Of a stretch of DNA of 64,000 nt, positions 29,703-40,284 are shown one piece after another. The notes beneath the pieces are model-generated. The model made no database searches. It saw nothing but the letters and a program-made list of their open reading frames with translations, and was not told where the DNA came from. Origin of the DNA: Spirochaetia bacterium. Lineage in GTDB: Bacteria > Spirochaetota > Spirochaetia > SZUA-6 > Bin103. The translations under genes were made by a program, and so were the position numbers. The stretch lies in contig OZ241863.1 of assembly GCA_965203055.1 (NCBI GenBank), positions 1,568,001 to 1,632,000 on the forward strand, read 5' to 3'. The first letter of the stretch is position 1. Each line of letters opens with the position of its first letter.

Positions 29703-31246
29703 CGCTGCCACCAGGCCAGTTTCAGCAGCCGATAGAGAATCAACGTAACGCCGACCGCGCCGCCGCCCACGATGCTCAGCAATAACGCGTTGCGCCAGGT
29801 GCTTCCGGGCTGCCACCACTGGCGGGTGAAGTCCGCGGCAGCCCACAACAGCGCCGCCAACAGCGCGTTCGCCGCCAGCGCGCGCGTGGTGTGAGACAGC
29901 AGGCGGGCACTCTTCAGGGCCGGCATCCGGCGCAGTGCCATGACCAGCAGGGTCGCCGCGCCGGCGGAGAAGGCGATGGAATTGGCGACCGCCAGACCCG
30001 CCACCCGCAGCGAGGTCTCCTTCAACCACAACGCCAGCGGAATGTCTATCGCGGCGACCAGCAAGGCGGCCAGCAGCGGGCTGCGATAGTCGCGCGCAGC
30101 GAAGAAATAGCGCTGGGCGAAGTTGAACACGCCGACGCTGACCAGTCCGACGGCGTAGCCGGCCAGGACGCGCGCCGCCAGCGCCGTACCGGCCGGCGTG
30201 AAGGTCATGCGTTCGAGGGCGGCACGAATGACCGCTTCGCCGAAGAACAGGTAGAACAGGGCGGGCGGCAGCAACAGGTCGACGATCATCGTCAAGCCGC
30301 CGGCAAAGGTACGCGCCAGCGCCGCGCGGTCACCCGCGGCGGCGTAGCGGCTCATGCGCGGGAAGTGGGCGGTAACGACTGACACCGAGAAGATGCCGAA
30401 GGGAAGTTGCCAGAACACCACCGCGTTCGCCAGGGCCGAGGTGCTGCCATCCTCCAGGCCGGAGGCGAATACGATCGCTACCTGCTGGGCGATTACGAAC
30501 ACCGAGGCGGACGCCACTACGGGAACCCACTGCCGCGCGATGCGCCGCACCCGCGCGTCGCGCCATTGGAAGTCGGGCCGCAGGTCGTAACCGCGCCGCA
30601 GGAATGCCGGGAGCTGCCCCACTACCCCGCCGATCCCCCCGGCCAGGATTCCAACCCCCGCGGCCATCAGCCCCCACTGGCGGTGGAACAGCAAGATGGC
30701 GCCGATGACGTTGACCGAGAACAGCAACGGCGCCAGCGCCGGCACCACGAACACCTCGTGGCAGTTGAGGGCAGCCATCAATACCGCGCTGATGCTCACC
30801 AGCAGGAGATAGGGAAACACCAGCCGGAAGAATTTCACTGCCAGCTCCATCTTCCACGGCTCCGGGAACTCCAACCCCAGGCGTACCACCGGCTGCGCCA
30901 GCGCCACCGCGGCGACTACCAGGATCGTCACCGCCGCGACCAGCAAGGTCAGCAGGCGGCGTACGAGGGAGCGCGGGTCGGCCGGCCTGCCCGCCTCCTG
31001 CCGCGCCACCGCCTGCGCCAGTTCCGGAATCAGCGCCGATGACAGCGCGCCTTCAGCCAACAACTTGCGCAGGTTGTTGGGGATCATGAAGACCGCGTTG
31101 AGAACGTCCGCCACGCCGGTGGCGCCAAACACCGCGCCGATCACGGCCACGCGGACGAAGCCCAGCACGCGGGACAGGCCGGTGCAGATCACCAGCGCGA
31201 GGACTGCCCGGCGCGGACCGGCGCGGTTATCGCTTTGGGACGGCAT
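29699..31246 (-). CDS. murJ: Lipid II flippase MurJ (MviN)
   Basis: SRVLGFVR, IPNNLRKLLAEGALS, QLPFGIF; many TM helices. Confidence 0.95.
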   Translation of the reverse strand: MPSQSDNRAGPRRAVLALVICTGLSRVLGFVRVAVIGAVFGATGVADVLNAVFMIPNNLRKLLAEGALSSALIPELAQAVARQEAGRPADPRSLVRRLLTLLVAAVTILVVAAVALAQPVVRLGLEFPEPWKMELAVKFFRLVFPYLLLVSISAVLMAALNCHEVFVVPALAPLLFSVNVIGAILLFHRQWGLMAAGVGILAGGIGGVVGQLPAFLRRGYDLRPDFQWRDARVRRIARQWVPVVASASVFVIAQQVAIVFASGLEDGSTSALANAVVFWQLPFGIFSVSVVTAHFPRMSRYAAAGDRAALARTFAGGLTMIVDLLLPPALFYLFFGEAVIRAALERMTFTPAGTALAARVLAGYAVGLVSVGVFNFAQRYFFAARDYRSPLLAALLVAAIDIPLALWLKETSLRVAGLAVANSIAFSAGAATLLVMALRRMPALKSARLLSHTTRALAANALLAALLWAAADFTRQWWQPGSTWRNALLLSIVGGGAVGVTLILYRLLKLAWWQR

Positions 31247-32369
31247 CGAGATAGTCGCTCAGGAAGCGGCGGCGAAAGGCGGCGAACGTGCCGTTGCGGA
31301 TGGCGCCGCGGGCCTCTTCCAGCAGCCGCGCCATGAAGGCGAGGTTGTGAAAGGTGGTGAGTACCGGGGCCATGATCTCCCGCTGGTTGAACAGATGGCG
31401 CAGGTAGCCGCGGCTGAAGCGAGTACACACTTGGCAGGCGCAGGTGGGATCCACCGGGTCATCGCTGGCGGCGGCTTCCGCGCCGCGCAGCGACAACGGC
31501 CCGTATCGGGTAAGGGCCCGGGCATTGCGCGCCACCCGGGTCGGATACACGCAGTCGAACATGTCCGCGCCGGCCGCGACCGCCTCCACCGCGTAATCGG
31601 GGCTCCCCACTCCCATCACGTAGCGCGGGCGGTCCGCGGGCAGCAGTTCCAGCGAGAGGGCGAGGAACTCCAGAAAGCGGCTGCGGCTTTCGCCTACCGA
31701 CAGTCCGCCCACCGCATAGCCGGGCAGCTCCAGGCTGCGCAGTTGATCGGCGGAACGGACGCGCAGGTCGCGGTGGAAGTGGCCTTGGACGATGCCGAAC
31801 AACGCCCCTGCCCGAGCGCCGCCGGCAGCTCGTCGAGCGGCAACCCAGGCGCGCTTGCTCGCGGCCGCCCAACGGTAGGTCAACTCCGCGGCGCGCAGCG
31901 CCTCGCCGCGTTCGGCCGCGGCCGCGGTGCACACGTCCAGCGGCATCAGGACGTCGCTGCCCAGCGCCACCTGGCTGGCGACGACGCCCGTCGGGGTGAA
32001 GGACATCGCGCTGCCGTCCAGGTGCGATTGGAACTGCACGCCGTGCTCGTGCAGGCGGCGCAGCGTGGCAAGCGAAAACACCTGGAAGCCGCCGGAGTCG
32101 GTGAGCACACCGCCATCCCAGCCCATGAACCGGTGCAGCCCGCCGGCTTGGCGAATGCGCGCAATGCCGGGCCGCACCGTCAAGTGATAGGTGTTGCTCA
32201 GCAGCACGCGGAAACCGAGGGCGGCCAGGTCGTGCGGCCACATCGCCTTGACCGAGGCGCTGGTGGCTACCGGCATGAACAACGGGGTCTGCGCCGGCCC
32301 GCGGTTGGTGACCAGGCGCGCGCTGCGCGCGGCGCTGAGCCGGTCCTGCCGTTCGATGACGAACTCCAC
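31227..32369 (-). CDS. tgt: Queuine tRNA-ribosyltransferase
   Basis: TPLFMPV, NTYHL, DSGGFQVFSL, GGLSVGE, DMFDCV.PTR, CxCxxC...HN. Confidence 0.97.
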   Translation of the reverse strand: MEFVIERQDRLSAARSARLVTNRGPAQTPLFMPVATSASVKAMWPHDLAALGFRVLLSNTYHLTVRPGIARIRQAGGLHRFMGWDGGVLTDSGGFQVFSLATLRRLHEHGVQFQSHLDGSAMSFTPTGVVASQVALGSDVLMPLDVCTAAAAERGEALRAAELTYRWAAASKRAWVAARRAAGGARAGALFGIVQGHFHRDLRVRSADQLRSLELPGYAVGGLSVGESRSRFLEFLALSLELLPADRPRYVMGVGSPDYAVEAVAAGADMFDCVYPTRVARNARALTRYGPLSLRGAEAAASDDPVDPTCACQVCTRFSRGYLRHLFNQREIMAPVLTTFHNLAFMARLLEEARGAIRNGTFAAFRRRFLSDYLDAVPKR

Positions 32370-32382
32370 GGCCTGGGCCGCT

Positions 32383-33465
32383 TCAGGTCCGCGCCAGCCG
32401 AAGCAGCGTCACGCCCGCCAGCAGGAACAGCAGGACCGCGCCGAACGCTCCTGCTTCCGGCGAGAGCACGCCGTTCTGCGCCAGAATGCCGCCCACCATG
32501 CGCAGCACGTAGAACACCACCGCAATGCCCAACGCCAGCAGCATGCTCATGAGCACGATGTTCCTGCGCATCAGACCACCCACCGCGGCCGCGATCAGCG
32601 TCACGGCAAGGGGCGTCGCGGCAAAGCTGATCTTGCCGTAGGACTCGGTAAGCGCGGCCCGGTAGTCGCGGCCGGCGCGGCGCAACGTATCCACCCACGC
32701 CAGCGCATCGAGGTAGCGCATCTCGTTCACCTCACGGTTGCCGCGGCGAAACGCGGCCGGCCCCTCGGCAAACTGGGGCGCGGCGTAGCGTTCCCGGTGC
32801 TCTTCCACCATCGTCCGCGGGCCGCTGCCGCCGCGCCAGGAAAACCGCCGCACGTTCTCGAACTGCCAGCGATCGTCCTCCCAGCGCGCCCGTTCGGCGT
32901 CCAACCGCATCGCCACCCCGCCGTCAGGGGCGCGTTGGATCACCACCACTTGAGTCAGTTCGGCGCGTTCATCGTCGTAACTGCCGGCATGGTACACCAT
33001 CCCGCGGTCGGCGCTCGTTATCGTCACGTCGAAGTTGTCCAGCGGCAGCCGAATATCCAACGCGGTGCGGTGCAGCCGGTTCTTCATGCGCAGCGTGTCG
33101 ATGGCCACCCGGTCCTCGAACAGAAACAGGGCGCCGCTCAGCAGTACGCCGAACATCGCCAGCGGGGCCACCAGGCGCCGCAGGCTGACGCCGGAGCCGA
33201 AGATGGCGATCAACTCGTTGCGCGCGTAGCAGGAACCCATGGTGTGGGCGACCGCGAACAACAGCGCGATCGGAACCGCGTAGATGATGCAGGTAGGCAG
33301 GTAGAGCAGGGCGATACGCGCTATTACCGCGGGCGCCACGCCGGCGGACAGGTAGCGGTACAAGTTGGGCGAAATGTCGGCCAGCTCGAGGATCAGGACG
33401 AAGAGCAACACGGCGATCGCCAATACCGGCAACAGCGAACTCAGAATCATGCGCTCGAGCCGCAT
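32383..33465 (-). CDS. LptF/LptG-family permease (LptG position)
   Basis: PIALLFA, RNELIAIFGSGVSLRRL; 3 TM helices, jellyroll region, 3 TM helices. Confidence 0.88.
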   Translation of the reverse strand: MRLERMILSSLLPVLAIAVLLFVLILELADISPNLYRYLSAGVAPAVIARIALLYLPTCIIYAVPIALLFAVAHTMGSCYARNELIAIFGSGVSLRRLVAPLAMFGVLLSGALFLFEDRVAIDTLRMKNRLHRTALDIRLPLDNFDVTITSADRGMVYHAGSYDDERAELTQVVVIQRAPDGGVAMRLDAERARWEDDRWQFENVRRFSWRGGSGPRTMVEEHRERYAAPQFAEGPAAFRRGNREVNEMRYLDALAWVDTLRRAGRDYRAALTESYGKISFAATPLAVTLIAAAVGGLMRRNIVLMSMLLALGIAVVFYVLRMVGGILAQNGVLSPEAGAFGAVLLFLLAGVTLLRLART

Positions 33466-34745
33466 CGCCACCGCCACAGGAGGTAGAGCAAGCCGGCCAG
33501 CGCGAGCACCACCAGATTCGGGGACCAGATAGCCAGTACCGGAGCGAACTGATGGCGCAGGCCGCCGCCATGAGCCGACACCAGCAGCGCCCAGTACCCC
33601 GCCGCCGCGATCATTCCCACCAACAGACCGTAGGCGCGGCCGCTGCGCGGCGCCAGAAACCCGACGGGTATGGCGAACAGGGAAAAGATGAGACACGCCG
33701 CGGGCATCGCCAGCTTCTTGTGGAACTCGAACAGATAATTGCGCAGCTCCAGGTCGAACTCCGGTTCGGCCGGCGCGGCCATGGTGCGGTGCTCGGCGGC
33801 GAGCCGCTGCCGCTCCCGCTGCAGCAGCGCGGCGCGTTCGTCCGGCGGCGCCGCGGCCGCCCGTTCGGCCACCGCCCCGATGTCGAGCAGCAGGGCGTGG
33901 GACGACACCGCGGCATGCTGCCGTCGTCGTTGCCGCTGCTGCTCGCGTTGCACGGTGATTGCGCGCCACACGTCCGCCGAGCTCTGCTCGGCCGGTCCGA
34001 TCTCGACCAGGGCCTCGACGATCTCCGGGAGCACGATGTGGTACTGCATACCGGCGGCGCGGACATATTCGAAATTGCCGCGCTCGGCGCCGACGAGATG
34101 GGTAAAGACGCCGCTGAGTTGGAGCGAGATCACCCCGGCCTGCCGCCCGCTCTCCCGCAAGCCAACGGTATCCGCGGTAATCACCCGCTGCCGGCCGGAG
34201 TCGTCGCGATCGATGATCGTCACGCCGCGCAGCACGCCGCCGTGCAGGTCGCCGGTAACGATGGCGCTGTCCTCGAAGTGGGTAACGGTATTCGGTTCCA
34301 GCTCCAGCCCGGGGTTGCGATTGAGGATGCGGCGATAGACCCGGTTGAACTCGATGGTGCCGGCCGGCAGCAACACATCGTTGGTCGCGAACGACAGCGC
34401 CGAAAACAGCGCCCCCAGGAGCATCAGCGGCGCCATGCCGCGCAGCAGGCGGATGCCGGCAGCCTGCAGCGCGATCAGTTCCCGGTCGGCGCGCAGGCGG
34501 CCGAGGGCCATGAGCGCGCCCAGCAGGGTGGCGAAGGGAAGCGACAGGTGGATGATCTGCGGCAACGAGTACAGCACCAGCAGGACGACGTCCCCGACCG
34601 GCACCTGGCGGGCCATGATGTCGGTGGCGGTAACCAGCAGCACGTTGATGAAGAAGATGGAAAAGAAGAACAGAAACGAGACCAGAACCGAAACCAGGAA
34701 CTCGCGCGCCACGTAGCGCGTCAGCAGGCCGCTTCCGTACCTCAT
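33447..34745 (-). CDS. LptF/LptG-family permease (LptF position)
   Basis: RYVAREF, GRLRADRELIALQAAGI, EFHKKLAMP, WSPN. Confidence 0.9.
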   Translation of the reverse strand: MRYGSGLLTRYVAREFLVSVLVSFLFFFSIFFINVLLVTATDIMARQVPVGDVVLLVLYSLPQIIHLSLPFATLLGALMALGRLRADRELIALQAAGIRLLRGMAPLMLLGALFSALSFATNDVLLPAGTIEFNRVYRRILNRNPGLELEPNTVTHFEDSAIVTGDLHGGVLRGVTIIDRDDSGRQRVITADTVGLRESGRQAGVISLQLSGVFTHLVGAERGNFEYVRAAGMQYHIVLPEIVEALVEIGPAEQSSADVWRAITVQREQQRQRRRQHAAVSSHALLLDIGAVAERAAAAPPDERAALLQRERQRLAAEHRTMAAPAEPEFDLELRNYLFEFHKKLAMPAACLIFSLFAIPVGFLAPRSGRAYGLLVGMIAAAGYWALLVSAHGGGLRHQFAPVLAIWSPNLVVLALAGLLYLLWRWRCGSSA

Positions 34746-36331
34746 GGGAGACCGTGTACGCTGCGCGCTTCCGACAGAATCGCCACCCCGGCCCCCAGAG
34801 TACCGAAGTAGACGTGGCCGCGCGCGGCCGCCACTACCGCCACGTTCAGCGAGGGAAGGCCCTGCGCCAGGCTGATGGTGGTCCACGCGCCGCGGCGCGG
34901 GTCGTAGCGCACGCCGCCGCCGCCGAAGGTACCGAAGTAGATTCCGGTATCGCCTACCGCGGCGGCCAGTATCCAGTCGTCGGGAAGCTGGCCGGTGGCT
35001 GCGCTGAAGTGGGTGACGCGGTTCGGTCCCGCCTCCCAGCGATACAATCCGGCGCCGAACGTTCCGATCCACAGCGTGGCCTCGTTCTGCGCCGCCAGTG
35101 CGGTGACGTTCTGCGGGCCGAGCGCCTCGTTGATTTCGTCGAAGCCGCGCAGGGCGCCGCTTCGCAGGTCGAGGCTCACCAGTCCGAGATCGATGGTTCC
35201 GATCCACAGGGTGTCGCCGACCACCAGCAGGGCGTTGATGAACTGGCCCGGCAGTGAGCCGCGGCCGACGGCTCTCCAACCGGAGGCGTCGCGGCGCCAC
35301 AATCCCTGTCCCAGGGTGCCGGCATACACTACCCCGCCCACCTCGACGAGCGCCGCCACCGGGCTCGGCGCGCCGCCGTCCAGAACCTCGTGGCGCCAGC
35401 GGCTGCTGGAGCGCGCGTACACCGACAGCCCCCGGTCGGTGCCCACCCAGACGTAACCCTCGACTGGCTGTATGGCGCGTACCCGCCGCGAAAGCAGGGC
35501 GTCAGGTTCCTCCCGGAACACTTGGCGCCGGCCCGTGGAGCGAGTATGGCGGGTCAGTCCGCCGGTCCAGCTTCCTACCCACACGTCGTCGCCGTCAGTG
35601 GCAATCGCGGAGACGTTGGCGTCGCCCATGCCGAGCTGGCCGGGGGTCAAGTGACGCCACATCAGACCGCGCGCCAATTCCCGGTAGGCCGGCAGCGCCG
35701 CGGCGGTAAGCTCACCCACCGCTATCTGATCGAAGTGGCGCTCGGCATCGCCGGCGATCCCCGCCCCGTGATGGTACGCCAACTCCGCCGCCGCCAGGCG
35801 CAACGCCGCCAGCCGTTGCGCCTGGCTCCGCGCGCCGGCCGCTTCCGGCGCCGGTTGCCGGCCGGCCGGCAACCGCGCCGCCAGCAAGCCGATCGCTTCC
35901 TCGTAGTGACGCAGCGCGCCGGCGTAGTCACGGTCGGCGGCCAGCAGTTGCGCCAGGCGGGACGCCGCCTGCAGATGATAGTCGTTGGCGGCCGCGGCGG
36001 CCAGCACGCCGCCGGCCGCCAGACCGCGTACCGCGCGGCGCGCCTCCCGCAGGAAGAAACGCTCCTGATAGGGATCGTCCCGGGCCGCGGCGGCCGCCGC
36101 CGACAACAACAGCGCGTCAGCCACCAGGGGGGACTCCGGGTAGCGCACGCGCAGCCGCCGCAAGGCGGCGGCTGCGCTCTGCCCGGCCCCGGCCGCCAGG
36201 GACGCGCGCGCCGCCTCGAGCAGTTCCGCAGCGCCGGGAGCCGCCGGCTCGGCGCCGGCCGCGGCAACGCCGAAACCGGCGGCCCACGCCGCAATCACGA
36301 GCGCCAGTATTCCGCCCATCGAACGGCGCAA
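34742..36331 (-). CDS. Secreted TPR plus beta-propeller (two-component regulator propeller-like) protein
   Basis: Signal peptide, YPESP TPR motif, repeated W[VI]GT..GL blades. Confidence 0.8.
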   Translation of the reverse strand: MRRSMGGILALVIAAWAAGFGVAAAGAEPAAPGAAELLEAARASLAAGAGQSAAAALRRLRVRYPESPLVADALLLSAAAAAARDDPYQERFFLREARRAVRGLAAGGVLAAAAANDYHLQAASRLAQLLAADRDYAGALRHYEEAIGLLAARLPAGRQPAPEAAGARSQAQRLAALRLAAAELAYHHGAGIAGDAERHFDQIAVGELTAAALPAYRELARGLMWRHLTPGQLGMGDANVSAIATDGDDVWVGSWTGGLTRHTRSTGRRQVFREEPDALLSRRVRAIQPVEGYVWVGTDRGLSVYARSSSRWRHEVLDGGAPSPVAALVEVGGVVYAGTLGQGLWRRDASGWRAVGRGSLPGQFINALLVVGDTLWIGTIDLGLVSLDLRSGALRGFDEINEALGPQNVTALAAQNEATLWIGTFGAGLYRWEAGPNRVTHFSAATGQLPDDWILAAAVGDTGIYFGTFGGGGVRYDPRRGAWTTISLAQGLPSLNVAVVAAARGHVYFGTLGAGVAILSEARSVHGLP

Positions 36332-36360
36332 GAGCCGGCCGCGGCGGCCGGCCTTACCCG

Positions 36361-37638
36361 CTACCAGTCGAACGGCACGCGGCGCATGTCGTCCATGTTC
36401 CTGGTACCGTAGGCGAGCAGATTGAAGCGGCCGGGCTGCAGCAGGCGGCAGCTCAGCCCGGCCACCTCCCGGGCGGTGACCGCGCGCAGGAGCAATGCCG
36501 ACTGATCCATCTCGATGACCCGGCCGAACATCTGATACTGCCCTGCCAAACGCTTCATGCGGGCTTCCATGTCCTCTTTGGCGAACACCATACTGCCGGT
36601 GACGTGGCTGACGGCGGCGTCCACCTCCGGCGCGGAGAGCGGCTCATCGGCGAGACGGTGCAACTCCTGATTCACCGCCTCCAGCAGCCGCGGGGCCAGC
36701 TCCGGCATCGCATTGGCATAGATGCCCCAGCTCCAGATATCCGAGAAGTGACTGCGAAACGACTCGACCGCGTAGCACAGTCCCTGATCCTCGCGCAGAT
36801 GCTGGAACAGCCGCGAGCTCATCGACTCGCCGAACGCGGTGGACAACACCACCAGGGCGAGATAGGTCTCGATATCGGCGGCCGGATCGAACGTGGTACC
36901 GAGGTACACCTGGACCTGTTGATAGTGACCGCTGGTGTACTCCCGCGCCGCGTAGCGCTGCGGCCGCTCGCGCGGCGGCGCCGCGTGAGCTGACGGCGCC
37001 GCCCCTGCGGCGCCGTCAGCCGCCAGCCGCTCGCTCAGCGCGCGCGCCAGCCGGTCGTAGTCCAGCGCCCCGGCGGCGGCTACCAGCAGGTGCCGGGGAT
37101 GGTAGCGGCTGCGGTAGAAGGCAGCGAGCGCCCGCGCTTCGATACGTTCCACCTCTTCCACCACTCCGGCGACCCGCGCCGCCAGCGGATGGGAGCGCCA
37201 CAAGCCCTCCAGGAAGAGCTGGTAGCCGTGCTCGTCCGGAGCGTCCTCGGCGGCCCGGATCTCATTGCTCACCACCACCTTCTCCTTGGCGATCTCCTCC
37301 TCCGCCAAGGCCGCGGCGCTGACCATGTCGCACAGAATGTCCAGCGCCAGCTCACCGTGGTCAGCCGGCAAGGTGCAGTAGAAGCAGGTGGTCTCCTTGT
37401 CGGTAAAGGCGTTGATGGAGCCACCGACTCGATCCACCTGCAAGGCGATGTCCAACGCTGACCGCTGCGCCGTGCCCTTGAACAGCATGTGTTCCAGGAA
37501 GTGGGCGTAGCCGCGCTGGTGGGAACGCTCATCGCGCGAGCCGCTCGGGTACCAGAAGCCGATCGAGCACGTGGCGGTGGTAGTGACCGGCTCGCACAGC
37601 AGGGTGACGCCGTTGGCGAGCGTCCCCTGCTCGATCAA
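36361..37638 (-). CDS. M16 (pitrilysin-family) zinc peptidase
   Basis: GSRDE, AHFLEHMLFKGT (HxxEH), NAFT, SSRLFQ.LRE. Confidence 0.95.
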   Translation of the reverse strand: MIEQGTLANGVTLLCEPVTTTATCSIGFWYPSGSRDERSHQRGYAHFLEHMLFKGTAQRSALDIALQVDRVGGSINAFTDKETTCFYCTLPADHGELALDILCDMVSAAALAEEEIAKEKVVVSNEIRAAEDAPDEHGYQLFLEGLWRSHPLAARVAGVVEEVERIEARALAAFYRSRYHPRHLLVAAAGALDYDRLARALSERLAADGAAGAAPSAHAAPPRERPQRYAAREYTSGHYQQVQVYLGTTFDPAADIETYLALVVLSTAFGESMSSRLFQHLREDQGLCYAVESFRSHFSDIWSWGIYANAMPELAPRLLEAVNQELHRLADEPLSAPEVDAAVSHVTGSMVFAKEDMEARMKRLAGQYQMFGRVIEMDQSALLLRAVTAREVAGLSCRLLQPGRFNLLAYGTRNMDDMRRVPFDW

Positions 37639-39953
37639 CCCCCGCTCCGATAGTTGGAATCGGAGCGCCCGCGGTCGCGGTCGCGGCCGCGGCGGGGCGG
37701 GCGCCCGCGGTCGGGACGCCGCTCCCGGTCCCAGCCGCCATCCCGGCGGCCGCCGTCCCGGCGGCCCCCGTCGCGCCGCCCGCCGTCACGGGAGCGGCCG
37801 CCATCGCCGCGGCGGCTGGCCAGCGCCGGCCGCGAGTCGGCAAAGCGCCCTACCGGCAGCTCGTCGCTGTCGAACGCCTCGGCGTTGGCCAGGTTGGCGC
37901 GCCCGAGACGGTCGATCTCGATCAGACGAACCCGCACTTGCTGGCCGATTTCGAGCACGTCGGAGACGGAGTCCACGTGCTCCCGGGAAATTTTCGAGAT
38001 ATGCAGCAGACCCTCCTTGCCGGGCAGGAACTCGACGAACGCGCCAAAGTCCATGATGCGCTTCACCACCCCGTCGTAATCCTTGCCCACTTCAGGTTCC
38101 TCGACGGAGGCTGCAATGAGCTCCAACGCCTTGTCGGCGCCCTGCTTGCGGCGCGCGTAGATCATTACCGTGCCGTCGTCGTGGATATTCACGTCCGCCC
38201 CGCTCTGCTCCGTAATCGAGCGGATGTTGGCTCCGCCGGTTCCGATCAACGCGCCGATCTTGTCCTCGGGAATGGAGGTGGACATGATCTTGGGGGCATG
38301 ATCCGAAACTTCCCGCCGCGGGGCGTCGATGGTGGCGGCCATGATTTCCAGGATCTTGAGGCGTCCGGCCCTGGCTTTCTGCAACGCCTGCTGCAGCACG
38401 GCGCGGTCCACCCCGGCCACCTTGATGTCCATCTGAAACGCGGTAATGCCATCGGCCGTGCCGGCGACCTTGAAGTCCATGTCGCCGAGGTGGTCCTCTT
38501 CGCCGAGGATGTCGCTCAGCACGACGTGGCGGTCACCGTCGGTGACCAACCCCATGGCAATGCCGGCCACCGACTTCTTGATCGGCACTCCGGCATTCAG
38601 CAGGCTCAAGGTGCCGCCGCATACCGACGCCATGGAGGAGGAGCCGTTGGATTCCAGTATCTCCGAGACCAGGCGTATGGTATAGGGAAACTTCTCCTTG
38701 GGAGGAATCACTCCCTCCAGCGCCCGTTCGGCCAAGTGACCGTGGCCGACTTCCCGCCGGCCGGTGCCGAGGCGACCGGTCTCGCCGACCGAGAACGGCG
38801 GGAAGTTGTAGTGCAGCATGAAGCCCTTGCGCGTGTCGTGATCGGTCTCCAGAGCATCCAGGACGCGCAGCTCGTCACTCTCGCTGCCCAAGGTGGTGAG
38901 CGCCAGCGACTGGGTTTCGCCGCGCGTGAACAGCGCCGCCCCATGAGCGCGCGGCAGCACGTCGACCTCACAGGTGATCGGGCGAATGTCGTCCGGTCCG
39001 CGGCCGTCGGTACGCACCTGCCGTGACAGGATCGATTCCCGCACCACGTGGGTCTCCAGCTCCTCCAGCAGGTCGCGCGCACGGCCCTGCTCATCGTCCG
39101 CGATGCGCTCCGTGAACTGCTCGAGGGCGGCGGCGGCGGCCTCCTTTATGGCATTGGAACGCTCGAACTTGCCCTTGACGAAGCACGCCTCCCGCATCTT
39201 CGGCAACGCCCACTGCCACAGCTCGTCACGTATCGCGAGCGGCGCCGGCGCCGGCGGCAGCGGCAGCTTGGCGCCGCGCCCGGCCGCGGCGACCAGCTGC
39301 TGCTGCACCGCGCACAGTTCCTTGATCCGTTCGTGCGCCAGGGTCACCGCCTCCACCATGCGCTCCTCGGCCGCCTCGTCGCCGCCGCCTTCGACCATGG
39401 TGATTCCGGTAGCGGTGCCCGCCACCACGATCTCCAGACTGGCCTTGGCGCGTTGTTCGTAGGTTGGATTGACCACCAGCTCGCCGGCCACTTCGGCGAT
39501 GCGCACCGCGCCTACCGGCCCGTCGAACGGTATGTCGGAGACCGCCACGGCGGCTGACGCCGCGACCATCGCAACCACGTCCGGCGGGTTCTCCTGATCG
39601 GCGGAAATGACCGTAGGCACCAGCTGGATGTCGCGCTTGAACGCCTTGCTGAACAGTGGCCGCAACGGCCGGTCGATGAGCCGCGACACCAGTATCTCGC
39701 GATCCTTGGGGCGTCCCTCCCGTTTGAAGATCGATCCCGGTATCTTGCCGGCGGCGTACGCCTTCTCGTTGTACTCCACCTGCAGCGGCACGTAGTCGAG
39801 CCCTTCGATGGTGCCTTCCGAACAGCACACCGTGGCAAGCACGGCCGATCCGCCGTACTCCGCGTACACCGCGCCATTGGCCTGACGCGCCAGGCGTCCG
39901 GTCTCGAGAATCAGTTCCTCGCTGCCCAGGCGGCAGCTTACTCGTTGTAGCAT
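37635..39953 (-). CDS. pnp: Polyribonucleotide nucleotidyltransferase
   Basis: [36 protein letters not shown] and S1 domains. Confidence 0.99.
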   Translation of the reverse strand: MLQRVSCRLGSEELILETGRLARQANGAVYAEYGGSAVLATVCCSEGTIEGLDYVPLQVEYNEKAYAAGKIPGSIFKREGRPKDREILVSRLIDRPLRPLFSKAFKRDIQLVPTVISADQENPPDVVAMVAASAAVAVSDIPFDGPVGAVRIAEVAGELVVNPTYEQRAKASLEIVVAGTATGITMVEGGGDEAAEERMVEAVTLAHERIKELCAVQQQLVAAAGRGAKLPLPPAPAPLAIRDELWQWALPKMREACFVKGKFERSNAIKEAAAAALEQFTERIADDEQGRARDLLEELETHVVRESILSRQVRTDGRGPDDIRPITCEVDVLPRAHGAALFTRGETQSLALTTLGSESDELRVLDALETDHDTRKGFMLHYNFPPFSVGETGRLGTGRREVGHGHLAERALEGVIPPKEKFPYTIRLVSEILESNGSSSMASVCGGTLSLLNAGVPIKKSVAGIAMGLVTDGDRHVVLSDILGEEDHLGDMDFKVAGTADGITAFQMDIKVAGVDRAVLQQALQKARAGRLKILEIMAATIDAPRREVSDHAPKIMSTSIPEDKIGALIGTGGANIRSITEQSGADVNIHDDGTVMIYARRKQGADKALELIAASVEEPEVGKDYDGVVKRIMDFGAFVEFLPGKEGLLHISKISREHVDSVSDVLEIGQQVRVRLIEIDRLGRANLANAEAFDSDELPVGRFADSRPALASRRGDGGRSRDGGRRDGGRRDGGRRDGGWDRERRPDRGRPPRRGRDRDRGRSDSNYRSGG
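37655..37815 (-). repeat. 15-nt coding tandem repeat (RRDGG)n in the PNPase tail
   Basis: [27 protein letters not shown] followed by an R/D-rich tail. Confidence 0.8.
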
Positions 39954-39999
39954 GTAGTAGTTCCTTGTTTTGCTTCTTCGGGTCGCCGCCCGAAGGTCG

Positions 40000-40278
40000 C
40001 TAGCGGCGGAGGCCGAGTGCGGCCAGAGTCGCGCGGTAGCGCTCCAGGTTGCTGTTGCGCAAGTAGCGCAGGAGCCGGCGGCGTTTGCCGACCATCTTCA
40101 ACAGGCCGCGGCGGGACGCATGGTCCTTGCGGTGATCGCGAAAATGTCCAGTCAACTGTTGAATGCGCCGGGTAAGCAGCGCAATCTGTACTTCGGTGCG
40201 TCCGGTGTCGCGTCCGCCGGCATCGCCGGCGCCAAAATCATTGATGATCGCGGTAACTTCCTTGGGATCGAGAGCCAA
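40000..40278 (-). CDS. rpsO: 30S ribosomal protein S15
   Basis: [37 protein letters not shown]. Confidence 0.98.
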   Translation of the reverse strand: MALDPKEVTAIINDFGAGDAGGRDTGRTEVQIALLTRRIQQLTGHFRDHRKDHASRRGLLKMVGKRRRLLRYLRNSNLERYRATLAALGLRR

Positions 40279-40284
40279 TGTTCC

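Noticed and set aside
39976..39995. Hairpin CTTCGGG-N6-CCCGAAG between rpsO and pnp
   Set aside because: No U tract on the coding strand, so not called a terminator; may be a processing or stability stem.
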